From IMG/VR virus record IMGVR_UViG_3300028888_000058, positions 39,060 through 103,059 of that record: 64,000 nt of DNA. One strand, 5' to 3'. The translations under genes and the position numbers were made by a program. The stretch is from a virus (taxonomy: Duplodnaviria > Heunggongvirae > Uroviricota > Caudoviricetes). Positions 49,821 to 59,818 of this stretch are shown here, piece after piece (positions within the stretch are counted from its first letter, which is position 1; each line of letters begins with the position of its first letter). The notes under the pieces were generated by a model. It had not been told where the DNA came from, made no database searches, and was given only the letters and a program-made list of their open reading frames with translations.

Positions 49821-51548
49821 ATGACAGATAAACGTTGCTTGATTTATGAGACTCTTGGTAAAGTTTCAGATCTTGAAATCGTTGAAAGTAAAGGTAGCAA
49901 CGGTATGCGTCTTCATGGTGTATTTGGTGTTTGTGGTATAAAGAATCAAAATAATCGTGTTTATGATAAAGAAAATTATAAGCAGATGGTTGAGTCTTTA
50001 CAAAAAGTTATCAAAGAATCAGGTTGTCCTGGTGAATTGGAACACCCAAACTCAATGAATATTAATTTACAAAATGTATCTCACAAGATTGAATCTATTC
50101 AAATGAATGAAGATGGAACCATCACTGGTGATATCTTGCTTTTGAATACTCCAAGTGGAAAAATTGCTCAAGCAATTGTAGAAGGCGGTCTTCCATTGTA
50201 TATATCTTCAAGAGGTGCAGGTACTATCACTAATGAAGGTCGTGTAACGTTATCTACTATTAAGACTTACGATTTGGTCGGTACTCCAGGTTTTAGTCAA
50301 GCCAAACTTACTCTTAAAGAGAATCAAAAACTTGAATGTCTTAATGAAGGTTTAGAAGAAGGTAACAATGAAACTTGGGTAATCGTTGAAGGTTCTGATG
50401 ATCTTTTATCTGATGATGATGATAAGGATAAAGATAAAGAACCTAAAGAAGAACCTAAGGAAGATGATAAACCAAAGGATAAACCTAAGGAAGATGACAA
50501 GGATAAAGATGACTCTAAAGATAAGGATAATGATAAAGAAGATAACAAAAATAATGGCAATGATAATACCGATATGGAAAAACTTAGAGAAGCTGTTGAA
50601 GAGCTTGCTAAAAAAGTAGAATCTCTCCAAGCTGAATTGCATGTTGCAAAAGAAAGTTTAGAAGAGACTAGAGAATCAGTTAAGCCAGTTAATTACGAAG
50701 CTATTGAACAATGGGTAAAGGAAGAATTTGCTCCAGAATTCAAGCAAGAAGTATCTAATGAAATTAACGAAGATATTGATGAAAAGATTGATACTAAAGT
50801 TAATGAATCAATGGAAACTATTGCTACAGGCGTAGAAAATTGGATTAATGAAGAATATAATCCTGAAGTTCAAAAGTGGGTTAATGAAGAATTCGCTCCA
50901 ATGGTACAACAATGGATAGTTGAAGAATTTGCTCCAGAAGTTCAGAACTGGGTAGTTGAAGAATTTGCTCCAGAAGTTCAGAACTGGGTAGTTGAAGAAT
51001 TCTCACCTGAAGTACAAAATTGGATCGTAGAGGAATTCTCACCTGAAATTCAAGGATGGATTACTGAAGAATTTGCTCCAGTAGTAGAAGGATGGATTAC
51101 TGAAGAATTTGCTCCTGAACAATCACAAACTATTGAAAATAAAGTAAATGAGAATGTTTCTGCATTTATGGAATCTCAAAAGGCTGGTCGTTTAGAAGAA
51201 ATTGATAGTTTACTTGAATCAATTGCAAATGACGATAATGCATCAGTTAACAAAATTGTTGAAGAAGAAGGAAAGAACAATAAATATAAAGGAGTTTATG
51301 TTGTAGAAAACATGCCTGCTGAATATCGTCCTTCTTGGGAACTTCTTACAGAAGCTCGTCAACAAGAAATTATTAGAAGTTCTCGTATGTATGACTTCAT
51401 GAAGGAAGGTCAAATTGAGAAGTTCTGGGCTAACGTTGATTTCAATCAACAAAATCCTGTTTATGTAAATGAAGCTAAGGAAAATCCTATGGAAGCTTAT
51501 CAGAATTCAATTGTTGCAAAGATGAAAGCTCTTCGTAGAAATTGCTAA
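49821..51548 (+). CDS. Prohead protease (T4 gp21-like) fused to an acidic, repeat-containing scaffold-like domain
   Basis: PGELEHP matches gp21 GELNHP (catalytic His). YISSRGAGT matches gp21 GVSSRGLGS (catalytic Ser). DLVGTPGFS. C-terminal half contains a K/D/E low-complexity region and 9 tandem 12-aa repeats. Confidence 0.65.
   Translation: MTDKRCLIYETLGKVSDLEIVESKGSNGMRLHGVFGVCGIKNQNNRVYDKENYKQMVESLQKVIKESGCPGELEHPNSMNINLQNVSHKIESIQMNEDGTITGDILLLNTPSGKIAQAIVEGGLPLYISSRGAGTITNEGRVTLSTIKTYDLVGTPGFSQAKLTLKENQKLECLNEGLEEGNNETWVIVEGSDDLLSDDDDKDKDKEPKEEPKEDDKPKDKPKEDDKDKDDSKDKDNDKEDNKNNGNDNTDMEKLREAVEELAKKVESLQAELHVAKESLEETRESVKPVNYEAIEQWVKEEFAPEFKQEVSNEINEDIDEKIDTKVNESMETIATGVENWINEEYNPEVQKWVNEEFAPMVQQWIVEEFAPEVQNWVVEEFAPEVQNWVVEEFSPEVQNWIVEEFSPEIQGWITEEFAPVVEGWITEEFAPEQSQTIENKVNENVSAFMESQKAGRLEEIDSLLESIANDDNASVNKIVEEEGKNNKYKGVYVVENMPAEYRPSWELLTEARQQEIIRSSRMYDFMKEGQIEKFWANVDFNQQNPVYVNEAKENPMEAYQNSIVAKMKALRRNC
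50700..51135 (+). repeat. Nine tandem 36-bp (12-aa) coding repeats (xEEFAPEVQNWV) inside the scaffold domain
   Basis: Read directly from the translation. Confidence 0.6.
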
Positions 51549-51665
51549 ATTTAATAACTAATAAGGAAATTGCATATATTTTCTATTAGGAAAGAAAATA
51601 TTTATTTTTATATAAAATTAATTTATCTCAAAAGAGAATAACAAATAAATTTCAACTTAAATAAT

Positions 51666-53450
51666 ATGTTTAATGAACAAAATGGTGTACAGACATGGGA
51701 GAAGATGTTGAAAGAAAACTTCAATGTTACAGACCAGGAAAAACTTAACTGGGTGTCTCAGTACGCAGCTATTCATGAAATTCACGAATCTCAACTTGGA
51801 ATTAATGGTGGTCAAGTAGTTACTAACGCTACAACTTATCCAGGTGTTGGTCCTATCTATACTACTCCAATGAACACTACAGGTATGGGTAATATTGCTG
51901 CTCCAAGTCAATTAGATCCAATGAGCACAGCTCCATATAACCAAGCTAATCCAACAGGTTCATTCTGGGGTCAAACTCCAGGTTCAGGTGATATTCCTGT
52001 ATCAACATTACCAATGGCTCTTAACGTTGCATTGTTAACTATTGGTCTTGAATTAGTTCCAGTTATCCCTGCTAAGGGTCCTTGGGCTATGTTAACTTAC
52101 ATGGACTTCCCATATGCTGGTGGTAAGTTAGGTCGTGTAAACGAAACTTCATTCGATGGTAAGGGTGATCTTAATGAAAACAAACCAATCTATGTTAAGA
52201 TCAAGGGTCTTACACTTGCTCAGATCCAAACAATCCGTCAAGGTATGGAAGCTGCAACTCCAACAGTTAAAGCTGATGATACTGTAACTGTAGGTGGATT
52301 TGAAGGTAAGTTCATTTCATTAGGTCGTATGGATGCTTGCCCACTTGTAAAAGTTGTTAAGTGTTCAGATGCTAATCACTCAATCCGTGAAGAATTCGAC
52401 GCTGCTACTTCTGTAGTAATCGGTAGTGTTACTATCACTCTTACTGCTGCTAATGCTTCTACAGGTGTTCCTGCTCAAAAGGTTGAAGCTGACTTCGTAC
52501 AGACTTCTGTTGATTTAGTAGATGGTTTCGCAAACTTCTTCGATGGTTCTAAGAATTCAATGACACGTGCTCAGAATGAAACTGGTACAGGTAATGTAAT
52601 CGGTCTTCGTTTATTCAGCAAGTGGATCCAAATGGGTGCTTATGAAGTAACTGGTACTGTTACTCGTCAACAGTTACAAGATCTTCCATTATATGGCGTA
52701 GATGCTGTAGGTAAAGTTATGGAAGCTCTTCAAAACGAAATCACTCAACATATCAACCAACGTATCCTTGAAAGAGTATTCGCACTTGGTGTTACTAATG
52801 CTGCTCAACAAAAGGCTCGTCAGGGTGTTGATTTGAACTTGTGGATGGGTAAGACTGGTTCTACAATTTCTATGGCTCAAGCTTATGCTGGTGTACCTCA
52901 CTTCACAGATATCTACGGATATGATCACAAACCAACTTGGACAGGTATTAAGAACTCAGAAGTTAATACTTCTGCTGAAAATCTTTCTACACGTCAACGT
53001 CGTATCATGAGCCGTATCTTAGCTGCTGCTAACTTAATCCAATTGGTAGGTCGTCGTGGCCGTCCAACATGGATCGTTACTAACGGTAAGATTGCTTCTG
53101 CATTACAAGATGTATCTGGTTACGTTGTAGCTCCATTCTTGAACACAATGTCTCAAGCTAATACTCAGAACTTATACCACGCAGGTACTGTTGCTGGTCT
53201 CCAAGTTTATGTAGATCCTTACATGGATTGGAATGATACTCGTATCTGTATCGGTCGTAAGGGTACTGGTAACGAACCTGGTGTAATCTTTATGCCTTAT
53301 ATTCTTGCAGATACTATTAGTATTACTGCTGAAGGAACTATGGCTCCTAAGATGTTGGTTAACAGCCGTTATGCAATCGCTGAAGCTGGCTTCTTCCCAG
53401 AACTCGCATATTTCACAATGGTTGTTGATTCAGAGTTCGATATCATCTAA
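51666..53450 (+). CDS. Major capsid protein (T4 gp23-like)
   Basis: C-terminal VYVDPYMDWNDTRICIGRKGTGNEPGVIFMPYILA parallels gp23 VYIDQYAKQDYFTVGYKGPNEMDAGIYYAPYVAL. N-terminal IHEIHE|SQLGINGG resembles the gp23 propeptide junction LTE|AEIGG. GC-richer codons. Confidence 0.7.
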   Translation: MFNEQNGVQTWEKMLKENFNVTDQEKLNWVSQYAAIHEIHESQLGINGGQVVTNATTYPGVGPIYTTPMNTTGMGNIAAPSQLDPMSTAPYNQANPTGSFWGQTPGSGDIPVSTLPMALNVALLTIGLELVPVIPAKGPWAMLTYMDFPYAGGKLGRVNETSFDGKGDLNENKPIYVKIKGLTLAQIQTIRQGMEAATPTVKADDTVTVGGFEGKFISLGRMDACPLVKVVKCSDANHSIREEFDAATSVVIGSVTITLTAANASTGVPAQKVEADFVQTSVDLVDGFANFFDGSKNSMTRAQNETGTGNVIGLRLFSKWIQMGAYEVTGTVTRQQLQDLPLYGVDAVGKVMEALQNEITQHINQRILERVFALGVTNAAQQKARQGVDLNLWMGKTGSTISMAQAYAGVPHFTDIYGYDHKPTWTGIKNSEVNTSAENLSTRQRRIMSRILAAANLIQLVGRRGRPTWIVTNGKIASALQDVSGYVVAPFLNTMSQANTQNLYHAGTVAGLQVYVDPYMDWNDTRICIGRKGTGNEPGVIFMPYILADTISITAEGTMAPKMLVNSRYAIAEAGFFPELAYFTMVVDSEFDII

Positions 53451-53483
53451 AATATATACGAGCAATAACTCGCCTCTATATAT

Positions 53484-53542
53484 TAAATCGATACTTGTGA
53501 AAGTATCAAGGGTAACCTTAGAGGTTACCCTTTTTTATTTTG
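53484..53542 (+). terminator. Rho-independent terminator (two hairpins plus T-run)
   Basis: gatacttgtgaaagtatc and agggtaaccttagaggttaccct followed by tttttattttg. Confidence 0.55.
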
Positions 53543-53702
53543 ATTAAGATATTAATAATAATTACAAGCTTTACTTTTAAACAATTAGTTTGTAAAATTT
53601 TTATTTTTATTTAAATTGTATTTTTATCTATTATGACTTTAAGTCATTAGATTATAAAGATTTACAATTAAAAAAATAATAAATATACAAAGATATATAA
53701 AT

Positions 53703-56700
53703 ATGGCAATTCCAGTACATTTGCAACAATTTAAAGCTGCAGGTATTTACCGTGTTGTATTTGACCATTCTACAATAATGAATGAAGATACACAGCTTCT
53801 TAGATTAGTTGTTGGTTACTCAGAAAAAGGACCTTTCAATGTTCCAGTATTCGTTCGTAACCCACAAGAATTTAAGTTGTTATTTGGTGACATATCTAAA
53901 AAGCTTGAAAAGCGTGGCATATACTTCCATCGTTTGGCTTTACAAATGCTTAAGGTAAGTCCTATTTTATGTCTTAACCTTAAAAAGTTTGATAATGAAA
54001 CAGTAGGTGCTGCTACAATCAGTACAGACTTTAACCCTAAATTCAATCCTATTGATGAGGTTAAGCTTAATATAGAGGATATATATGACACAACTCGTTT
54101 TTGGACATTAGATGCAGAACATTTAAATAATTTACGTTCAGTAGAAGGTGCATTGTTAGATCAATATATTAATATTTCTGCAACTAATATAAAAGCAAAT
54201 TCAGCAACATATTTTATACGTAAAGCATCAGGTTCAAAAGTTGCAGGATATAACATTACTGTAAACGATTGGTATTCTGATGAAGATATGCCTGAATTTA
54301 TGGAACCTTACAAAAATAACTTAATTTCTGACTTCTTTGCAGAAATTTACGTGTTCAAAGGAAAGTTCGAAGCAAAACAGATATTAGCTTCTGATACACT
54401 TAAAGATTATTTCATTATCACTAATGAACTTGATGATAATGGTAACCAAGTTCTTAAATTACGTGATAAAGTAATTAATCCATTTGGTGATTCAGTTGAT
54501 ACTCTTGACGCATTGTATAGAGATGAAACATCTAATGCATTAGGTCACTATATTGGATCATTAATACCTTACTTCAAGAATAAACAAGGTGCATATGCAT
54601 GTCTTAACGTTGTATTCAATAGTGATATTGATACTCATAACTTAATGATGTCATTCAATACTGATTTATTAGAAGAAGAATTGGCTGCTAACATTGATCT
54701 TTCAGGTCGTATGTTTATCCCAACAATTGAAAATCCTAATAAATTAAATTCATCATTAAATATTGATAAGATATATGCAGGTACTGCTACAACATCAGTA
54801 TTAGGTAATATTAATTCACCAGTTATTGCTGATTTGATTAAATTCCATACTGATGTATATGATCCTGAAACAAAGACTCCAGCACAAGATATCTTTGTTG
54901 GCAATACTCGTGTTGCAGGTACATTATATGTTAAGACAATTACTTCTAATCAAATTAAACTTTCTCAAGTTGGTACTGAACAAGAAGTTACAATGACATT
55001 CTTTAATGATGGTGAATCTAATAAGACAGTTGAAGCTGCTAAGAAATTAGGTGTTATTTATGATGAAGAAGGAAATCCTGTTGATGGCTTAGGAACATAT
55101 TGGAAAAATGGTAATGCATTTATTGAAGAAAGCAATCCATTAGCTGGTCCTGAAAAGGTTATTACTGCATTATCTCGTCTTGAAAATAAAGGTGCTGATG
55201 GTCAAATCTATACTGATATAGATGAAAACATGAAGCCATCATTTAAGACAGTTCAAATCAAGACTAATCTTACATACTTAAATACTAATACAGTTGGTGC
55301 TGATTCTGTTTATGGTTCTTCTGTTTCATTCATTGATTTCTGTGATGATAACTGGGAATGGAGAACTGACGTTGAAATAACTCCAGGTCTTCCACAAGCT
55401 GCATTAATTGGTACTGCTAAATATGATTCTTCATTGATTAACGTACTTCAAAAGGGTGATTGTATCTTAGCTAAAGATAATACTGTTGATTATAACGATA
55501 ATGGTGAAAATGACGATAATGATGGATTTGAAGATAATGTATATGTACAAGAAACAGGTACTAAGTTAGATGAAAATGGTAATTTCTTATATTATTATGT
55601 TCTTCTTTCTGCAGAGCCATTCTTATACGAAATATTAGATTCTGAAACTGGTTCAATTACTAACCAATCATTAGTTCGTATTGATGCTGCTCTTAACCAA
55701 GAAATCGGTACAATGAAACCTCAATATCTTGAAGGTTATACATACAAGAATGATCGTCCACTTGGAACTGATATGTATGCTAAAGTAAAATGGCAAGAAT
55801 TCATACTTTCTGCTATTACTGATTACAAGGGTCTTCGTACAGGTCTTTTGAATAAGGCTGAAATTGATTACCGTTATGTAATTGATACATTTGAATCATT
55901 CCCAGTTTCTAATCTTAAGAATACACTTTCTTACTTATGTAAAGAAAAACAATCTGCATTTGCAATTGGTAACTTCCCATCAGTACAATCATTTGTTAAG
56001 TGTCCATATACTTCATTTACTGATTCAAAGGGAGTATTCAATGTAGAATACGTTGTTAAAGGATATAACAAGAAGAAAGCTGCTGCTATAATGTTTAGTT
56101 TACCAACAGAATTAGACGGAGCATCATTCATCGCATTCTATACACCTCTTAAGTTTACTGATGGATATATTGATACTATAGTTCCTTCTGCAGGTCTTGT
56201 ATCTAACTTATTTATTGAAAAGTATATGTCACGTCAACCATACTACATTGTAGCTGGTCCTAATTATGGTAATATTTCTGCTGCAGGTCTTGTTGGTCCT
56301 GACTACAAATATTCTCAAGATGAACTTCAGATAATTGAACCATTTGGTGTAAACGTTATGGTTTATCGTCCAAACTTCGGTACATTCATTAACGCTAACC
56401 AAACTGCTAAGCAGACTCCAGTTTCTGCATTATCTAAGGTAAATGTTCGTGAATTATGCATATACTTACAGGATGAAATTGAAAAGGTTCTTCAACGTTA
56501 TCAATGGGAATTCAATAACCAACGTACACGTGATGCAATCCTTGATAAGGTTAATCAAATCTGTGCTGTAACTGCTGCTAATGGTGGTATACAAGCTTAC
56601 AGAAATATTATGGACGAATCTAATAATACTCCTGAAATTATTGATAATGAAATGGCTGTTATCTCTACTCACATTGAACCTGGTATGGGTTGTGGTAAGA

Positions 56701-56759
56701 TGGTACAAGAACTTCATTTATATAGAACAGGCCAGATGACTGCTAATATTATAGATTAA
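53703..56759 (+). CDS. Tail sheath protein (1018 aa)
   Basis: N-terminus AIPVHLQQFKAAGIYRVV...VVGYSEKGPFNVPVFVRNPQEFKLLFG matches the conserved sheath N-terminal pattern (PGVY..., GxxxKGPxNxPxLVxSxxEFxxxFG). Confidence 0.65.
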   Translation: MAIPVHLQQFKAAGIYRVVFDHSTIMNEDTQLLRLVVGYSEKGPFNVPVFVRNPQEFKLLFGDISKKLEKRGIYFHRLALQMLKVSPILCLNLKKFDNETVGAATISTDFNPKFNPIDEVKLNIEDIYDTTRFWTLDAEHLNNLRSVEGALLDQYINISATNIKANSATYFIRKASGSKVAGYNITVNDWYSDEDMPEFMEPYKNNLISDFFAEIYVFKGKFEAKQILASDTLKDYFIITNELDDNGNQVLKLRDKVINPFGDSVDTLDALYRDETSNALGHYIGSLIPYFKNKQGAYACLNVVFNSDIDTHNLMMSFNTDLLEEELAANIDLSGRMFIPTIENPNKLNSSLNIDKIYAGTATTSVLGNINSPVIADLIKFHTDVYDPETKTPAQDIFVGNTRVAGTLYVKTITSNQIKLSQVGTEQEVTMTFFNDGESNKTVEAAKKLGVIYDEEGNPVDGLGTYWKNGNAFIEESNPLAGPEKVITALSRLENKGADGQIYTDIDENMKPSFKTVQIKTNLTYLNTNTVGADSVYGSSVSFIDFCDDNWEWRTDVEITPGLPQAALIGTAKYDSSLINVLQKGDCILAKDNTVDYNDNGENDDNDGFEDNVYVQETGTKLDENGNFLYYYVLLSAEPFLYEILDSETGSITNQSLVRIDAALNQEIGTMKPQYLEGYTYKNDRPLGTDMYAKVKWQEFILSAITDYKGLRTGLLNKAEIDYRYVIDTFESFPVSNLKNTLSYLCKEKQSAFAIGNFPSVQSFVKCPYTSFTDSKGVFNVEYVVKGYNKKKAAAIMFSLPTELDGASFIAFYTPLKFTDGYIDTIVPSAGLVSNLFIEKYMSRQPYYIVAGPNYGNISAAGLVGPDYKYSQDELQIIEPFGVNVMVYRPNFGTFINANQTAKQTPVSALSKVNVRELCIYLQDEIEKVLQRYQWEFNNQRTRDAILDKVNQICAVTAANGGIQAYRNIMDESNNTPEIIDNEMAVISTHIEPGMGCGKMVQELHLYRTGQMTANIID

Positions 56760-56776
56760 TATTATAATTATATAAG

Positions 56777-56798
56777 GGATGGTACTTCGGTGCCATCC
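56777..56798 (+). other. Stable stem-loop with a UUCG tetraloop between the sheath and tube genes
   Basis: ggatggtac-ttcg-gtgccatcc (9-bp stem, one G-U). No T-run follows. Confidence 0.4.
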
Positions 56799-56841
56799 TT
56801 CTAAAAAGAAGAATACAAAATATATGATATATTAAAATATA

Positions 56842-57426
56842 ATGGCTACTACATTAACACATTTACCTCATATCAAGAATGTTAAATCTGGTATCAATAA
56901 ATATGACCCAGTTCATAATTCTATATATGAAGTATATTTCACATTGCCAGCAGCTATCCAAGAACAATTTAAGGAAGACGAAATACTTTTAACTGAACAA
57001 GTTACAAACGTTGCAGGTTTGGACGTATTACAAAAGACAACAGAAACTGGAGAACAAAAATTCTATGGTGTTACTGTTTCTTATTTGAATCCTGTTCTTG
57101 ATACAACTGCAGCTGACATTACTATAGATCTTAATCTTAACTTACGTAATGTTACTGATAACTTTGTATTGAAAGTATTCCGTGCTTGGGAAAATCTCTC
57201 TTATAATTTAGCTGATGGTACACGTTCAATTAAGGTTGGATATATTTCAGATAACTTAAGAATTGCTGTTGCAACTCGTAATGGTGATATCTGGAGAAGT
57301 ACTATATTCCACCACGTTATGCTTAAGAGCGTTACAGGATTGGAAAATCTTGATTATGCTAATAACGAAGCTATGAAATTATCTATTATATTACGTTCTG
57401 ACTATTGGGAAGACGAATTATCATAA
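56842..57426 (+). CDS. Tail tube protein (T4 gp19-like)
   Basis: The C-terminus ...ILRSDYWEDELS matches gp19 ...LALDYWE. Sits directly after the sheath gene. Confidence 0.6.
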   Translation: MATTLTHLPHIKNVKSGINKYDPVHNSIYEVYFTLPAAIQEQFKEDEILLTEQVTNVAGLDVLQKTTETGEQKFYGVTVSYLNPVLDTTAADITIDLNLNLRNVTDNFVLKVFRAWENLSYNLADGTRSIKVGYISDNLRIAVATRNGDIWRSTIFHHVMLKSVTGLENLDYANNEAMKLSIILRSDYWEDELS

Positions 57427-57455
57427 GATAATTTATAAACATAACAAGGAACTCA

Positions 57456-57492
57456 GAAATGGGTTCCTTTTTTGTATATTGAATTGTTTCCT
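57456..57492 (+). terminator. Putative terminator
   Basis: aggaactcagaaatgggttcct followed by tttttg. Confidence 0.45.
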
Positions 57493-57537
57493 ATATTTAA
57501 CTATTTATATTTTAATAAACTTTAAATTTAATTAAAT

Positions 57538-58368
57538 ATGGCAAAGAAACAATTAACTGAAGAACAAAAGAAAGAAAAGAAACTTGCAAAACTTGCATCT
57601 GCTTATGAATTAGCGGATAATGAATTACATATTGCAGGTAAACCTATTAATGAACAGATTCATACTCTTGTAATGGCATGTTCAGATATTCAAAGTGAAA
57701 TCTGTTCAGTAGCTGATTCTATTAAGATTGATGACTTACTTAAGGTACAGGATATTACTGATATTGATAAAAAGACATATTTGGATTTTGTAAATATTAC
57801 TGCTTTAAAAAATAATGACAAACTTAAGGAAAAGGCTATAGCTAAATTTGAGAATGATTTTTCAAACAAATTAATGATTGCTAATCTTCGTCACTCATTC
57901 TTAGAATCTTATATGTCAGGAAATGATCTTAAGATTACTGACCAAGACAATTATGAATATAAGCCATTTGAAGATTATAAGTCTGAAGAATTTGAAAGGA
58001 TCATGGAAGATTCTGCAAAGAAACGTGAATATATCAATAAAATACTTTATGGTCATTACAAGACTTTAGCAAAAGCTGCTGAATATATTACAAAATTAGA
58101 TCTTTCATATTCAAAGTTTAAGAATCTTGTAGACTGGGAACATTATAAAGAAGGTGGATACCCATCACCAACATCTCCTGCAAAACTTTGGTCGATATTC
58201 AATAGATATAATGAAGCATTTAATCTAATGACTAAATATGAGTTTACACAACAAAATGAACTTAATAAAGAATTTGGATTAAGTGTAGAATTAGTTGAAC
58301 CACATCCTGTTAGACACCCATGGATGGATGCTAAAGAAGCAGAATCAGATAATGAGGAGGAAGAATAA
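57538..58368 (+). CDS. Hypothetical protein with an acidic C-terminus
   Basis: ORF only. Confidence 0.4.
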   Translation: MAKKQLTEEQKKEKKLAKLASAYELADNELHIAGKPINEQIHTLVMACSDIQSEICSVADSIKIDDLLKVQDITDIDKKTYLDFVNITALKNNDKLKEKAIAKFENDFSNKLMIANLRHSFLESYMSGNDLKITDQDNYEYKPFEDYKSEEFERIMEDSAKKREYINKILYGHYKTLAKAAEYITKLDLSYSKFKNLVDWEHYKEGGYPSPTSPAKLWSIFNRYNEAFNLMTKYEFTQQNELNKEFGLSVELVEPHPVRHPWMDAKEAESDNEEEE

Positions 58369-58370
58369 TT

Positions 58371-58808
58371 ATGACAATCTTTATAACTGGTACTGTTGCT
58401 GATACTGCTAATGATCTTGATGTAAAAAGATTTAATAAGCAGATTGTAGAATGTCAATGGATTATAAATATGGCAGAAGGAAAAACAAAACCTTCTAATC
58501 ACCCTGCATATTTAATGTATAAAGACCATATTGACTGGGTAAAAAAATATAAGGAATGCTTTATTGCATATAGAAATAAAGATTATGAATTATGTAAACA
58601 ATTATCTAAAGAAGCAGAATTGATTCAACCTAATTTTCTATGTGATGAATTATATACAAATTTCAAAAGACGATTATATGCAAAAGATCCTGAATTTTAT
58701 AAAAGATGGGAATACTTAGGTAAAACAGAAGCAAATTATTATTTTGTAAATGGAAACTGGGTAAAATATGAAAATGGTAAAAAAGAAATTGTAGATAAGA
58801 TAATTTAA
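58371..58808 (+). CDS. Hypothetical protein
   Basis: ORF only. Confidence 0.4.
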   Translation: MTIFITGTVADTANDLDVKRFNKQIVECQWIINMAEGKTKPSNHPAYLMYKDHIDWVKKYKECFIAYRNKDYELCKQLSKEAELIQPNFLCDELYTNFKRRLYAKDPEFYKRWEYLGKTEANYYFVNGNWVKYENGKKEIVDKII

Positions 58809-58818
58809 AATTATGCAT

Positions 58819-58913
58819 TCTAAAGCTTGCTAAGACCTTAGAATATAATTTATATATAGTTTATAAATTTTAATATTCTAAGGTCTTAGCAAGCTTTCTA
58901 GATATATCTAGCA
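58819..58913. terminator. Long inverted repeat at the convergence of the plus and minus gene blocks; putative bidirectional terminator
   Basis: ctaaagcttgctaagaccttagaata ... tattctaaggtcttagcaagctttctag (about 26-bp arms, about 30-bp spacer), then the palindrome ctagatatatctag. Confidence 0.5.
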
Positions 58914-58939
58914 CTTAATTTATGATAATAATTATGTAA

Positions 58940-59242
58940 TTATTTTTTACCTTCCTTTTCTTTATCATGTTTCATTAAATTAATAGATATTACATCTGAC
59001 ATATTATATTTTAAATCAGACGTCATTTGTGTAATATCAAATAATATATCACCTAATGTTATAATTGCATTTAATGATTTTCTTTGGTCAAAATTTCCTT
59101 GATCATTAATTAATACATCATTAAGTTTTTCAGATAATCTTCCTATGTTTTTAGTTAATGATAATATTGTTGAATATGGTCCTATTTCTTCAGGATAATT
59201 TTTATATTCTTGTATTTTTGCTTGATATTCATTAATGTCCAT
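58940..59242 (-). CDS. Degenerate MazG-like all-alpha NTP pyrophosphohydrolase-fold protein
   Basis: Helix pattern YQ...YP...LGD(I)LFD resembles MazG but lacks the EExGE metal motif. Confidence 0.4.
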   Translation of the reverse strand: MDINEYQAKIQEYKNYPEEIGPYSTILSLTKNIGRLSEKLNDVLINDQGNFDQRKSLNAIITLGDILFDITQMTSDLKYNMSDVISINLMKHDKEKEGKK

Positions 59243-59251
59243 AATGCGTTT

Positions 59252-59626
59252 TTAAATATTTTTCAAAAATTCTAATTGTTTTTCTTCTCTATTATCTCCA
59301 GAACCATGCACAGTATTTGTTTCTTTACGATTCTTAACTTTTTCAATACCAACTCTTAATACATCATGTAATGCATATCCCATATCATCAGCACATGCCC
59401 ATATATACCATAATGTATCTGCAAGTTCTTTAAGTATTGCTTTCTTAATGTCTTCAGTAAAAACACCATTGTTATCTCTCAAGCATTTCTTTACTTTTTC
59501 TGCTACTTCACCAGCTTCTCCATTCAATCCTAATGCAGGATATGTTATTGGCAACTTATCTTGTGGATAGAACTTTGACGTCTGCATAAACTCTTCATAT
59601 TCTTTTAATATATTAATATTATTCAT
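59252..59626 (-). CDS. mazG: MazG-family nucleoside triphosphate pyrophosphohydrolase
   Basis: LGLNGEAGEVAEKV and KELADTLWYIWACADDMG match the MazG core motifs. Confidence 0.6.
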   Translation of the reverse strand: MNNINILKEYEEFMQTSKFYPQDKLPITYPALGLNGEAGEVAEKVKKCLRDNNGVFTEDIKKAILKELADTLWYIWACADDMGYALHDVLRVGIEKVKNRKETNTVHGSGDNREEKQLEFLKNI

Positions 59627-59816
59627 GATTTAATTTCTTATATTGATTTATTTTACATTTAACTAATGCATCTGTTTCATGTCCATCAAATTTACATTTG
59701 CCATTATACTTACTAAATCTGCCAGCAACTGGTCCATAATCATTATAGTGTTCACATGAATAACACATATTAGGATAATCGTTTGGATCTAATAAACAAC
59801 CGAATCTTTCTTTCAT
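59619..59816 (-). CDS. Small Cys-rich (Zn-ribbon-like) protein
   Basis: CxxC...CxC...C pattern. Confidence 0.4.
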   Translation of the reverse strand: MKERFGCLLDPNDYPNMCYSCEHYNDYGPVAGRFSKYNGKCKFDGHETDALVKCKINQYKKLNHE

Positions 59817-59818
59817 AA

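Noticed and set aside
53696-53703. Exact T4 late-promoter box TATAAATA just before the sheath gene
   Set aside because: It overlaps the ATG itself, so it cannot serve as the promoter for this gene. It probably arises by chance in AT-rich sequence.
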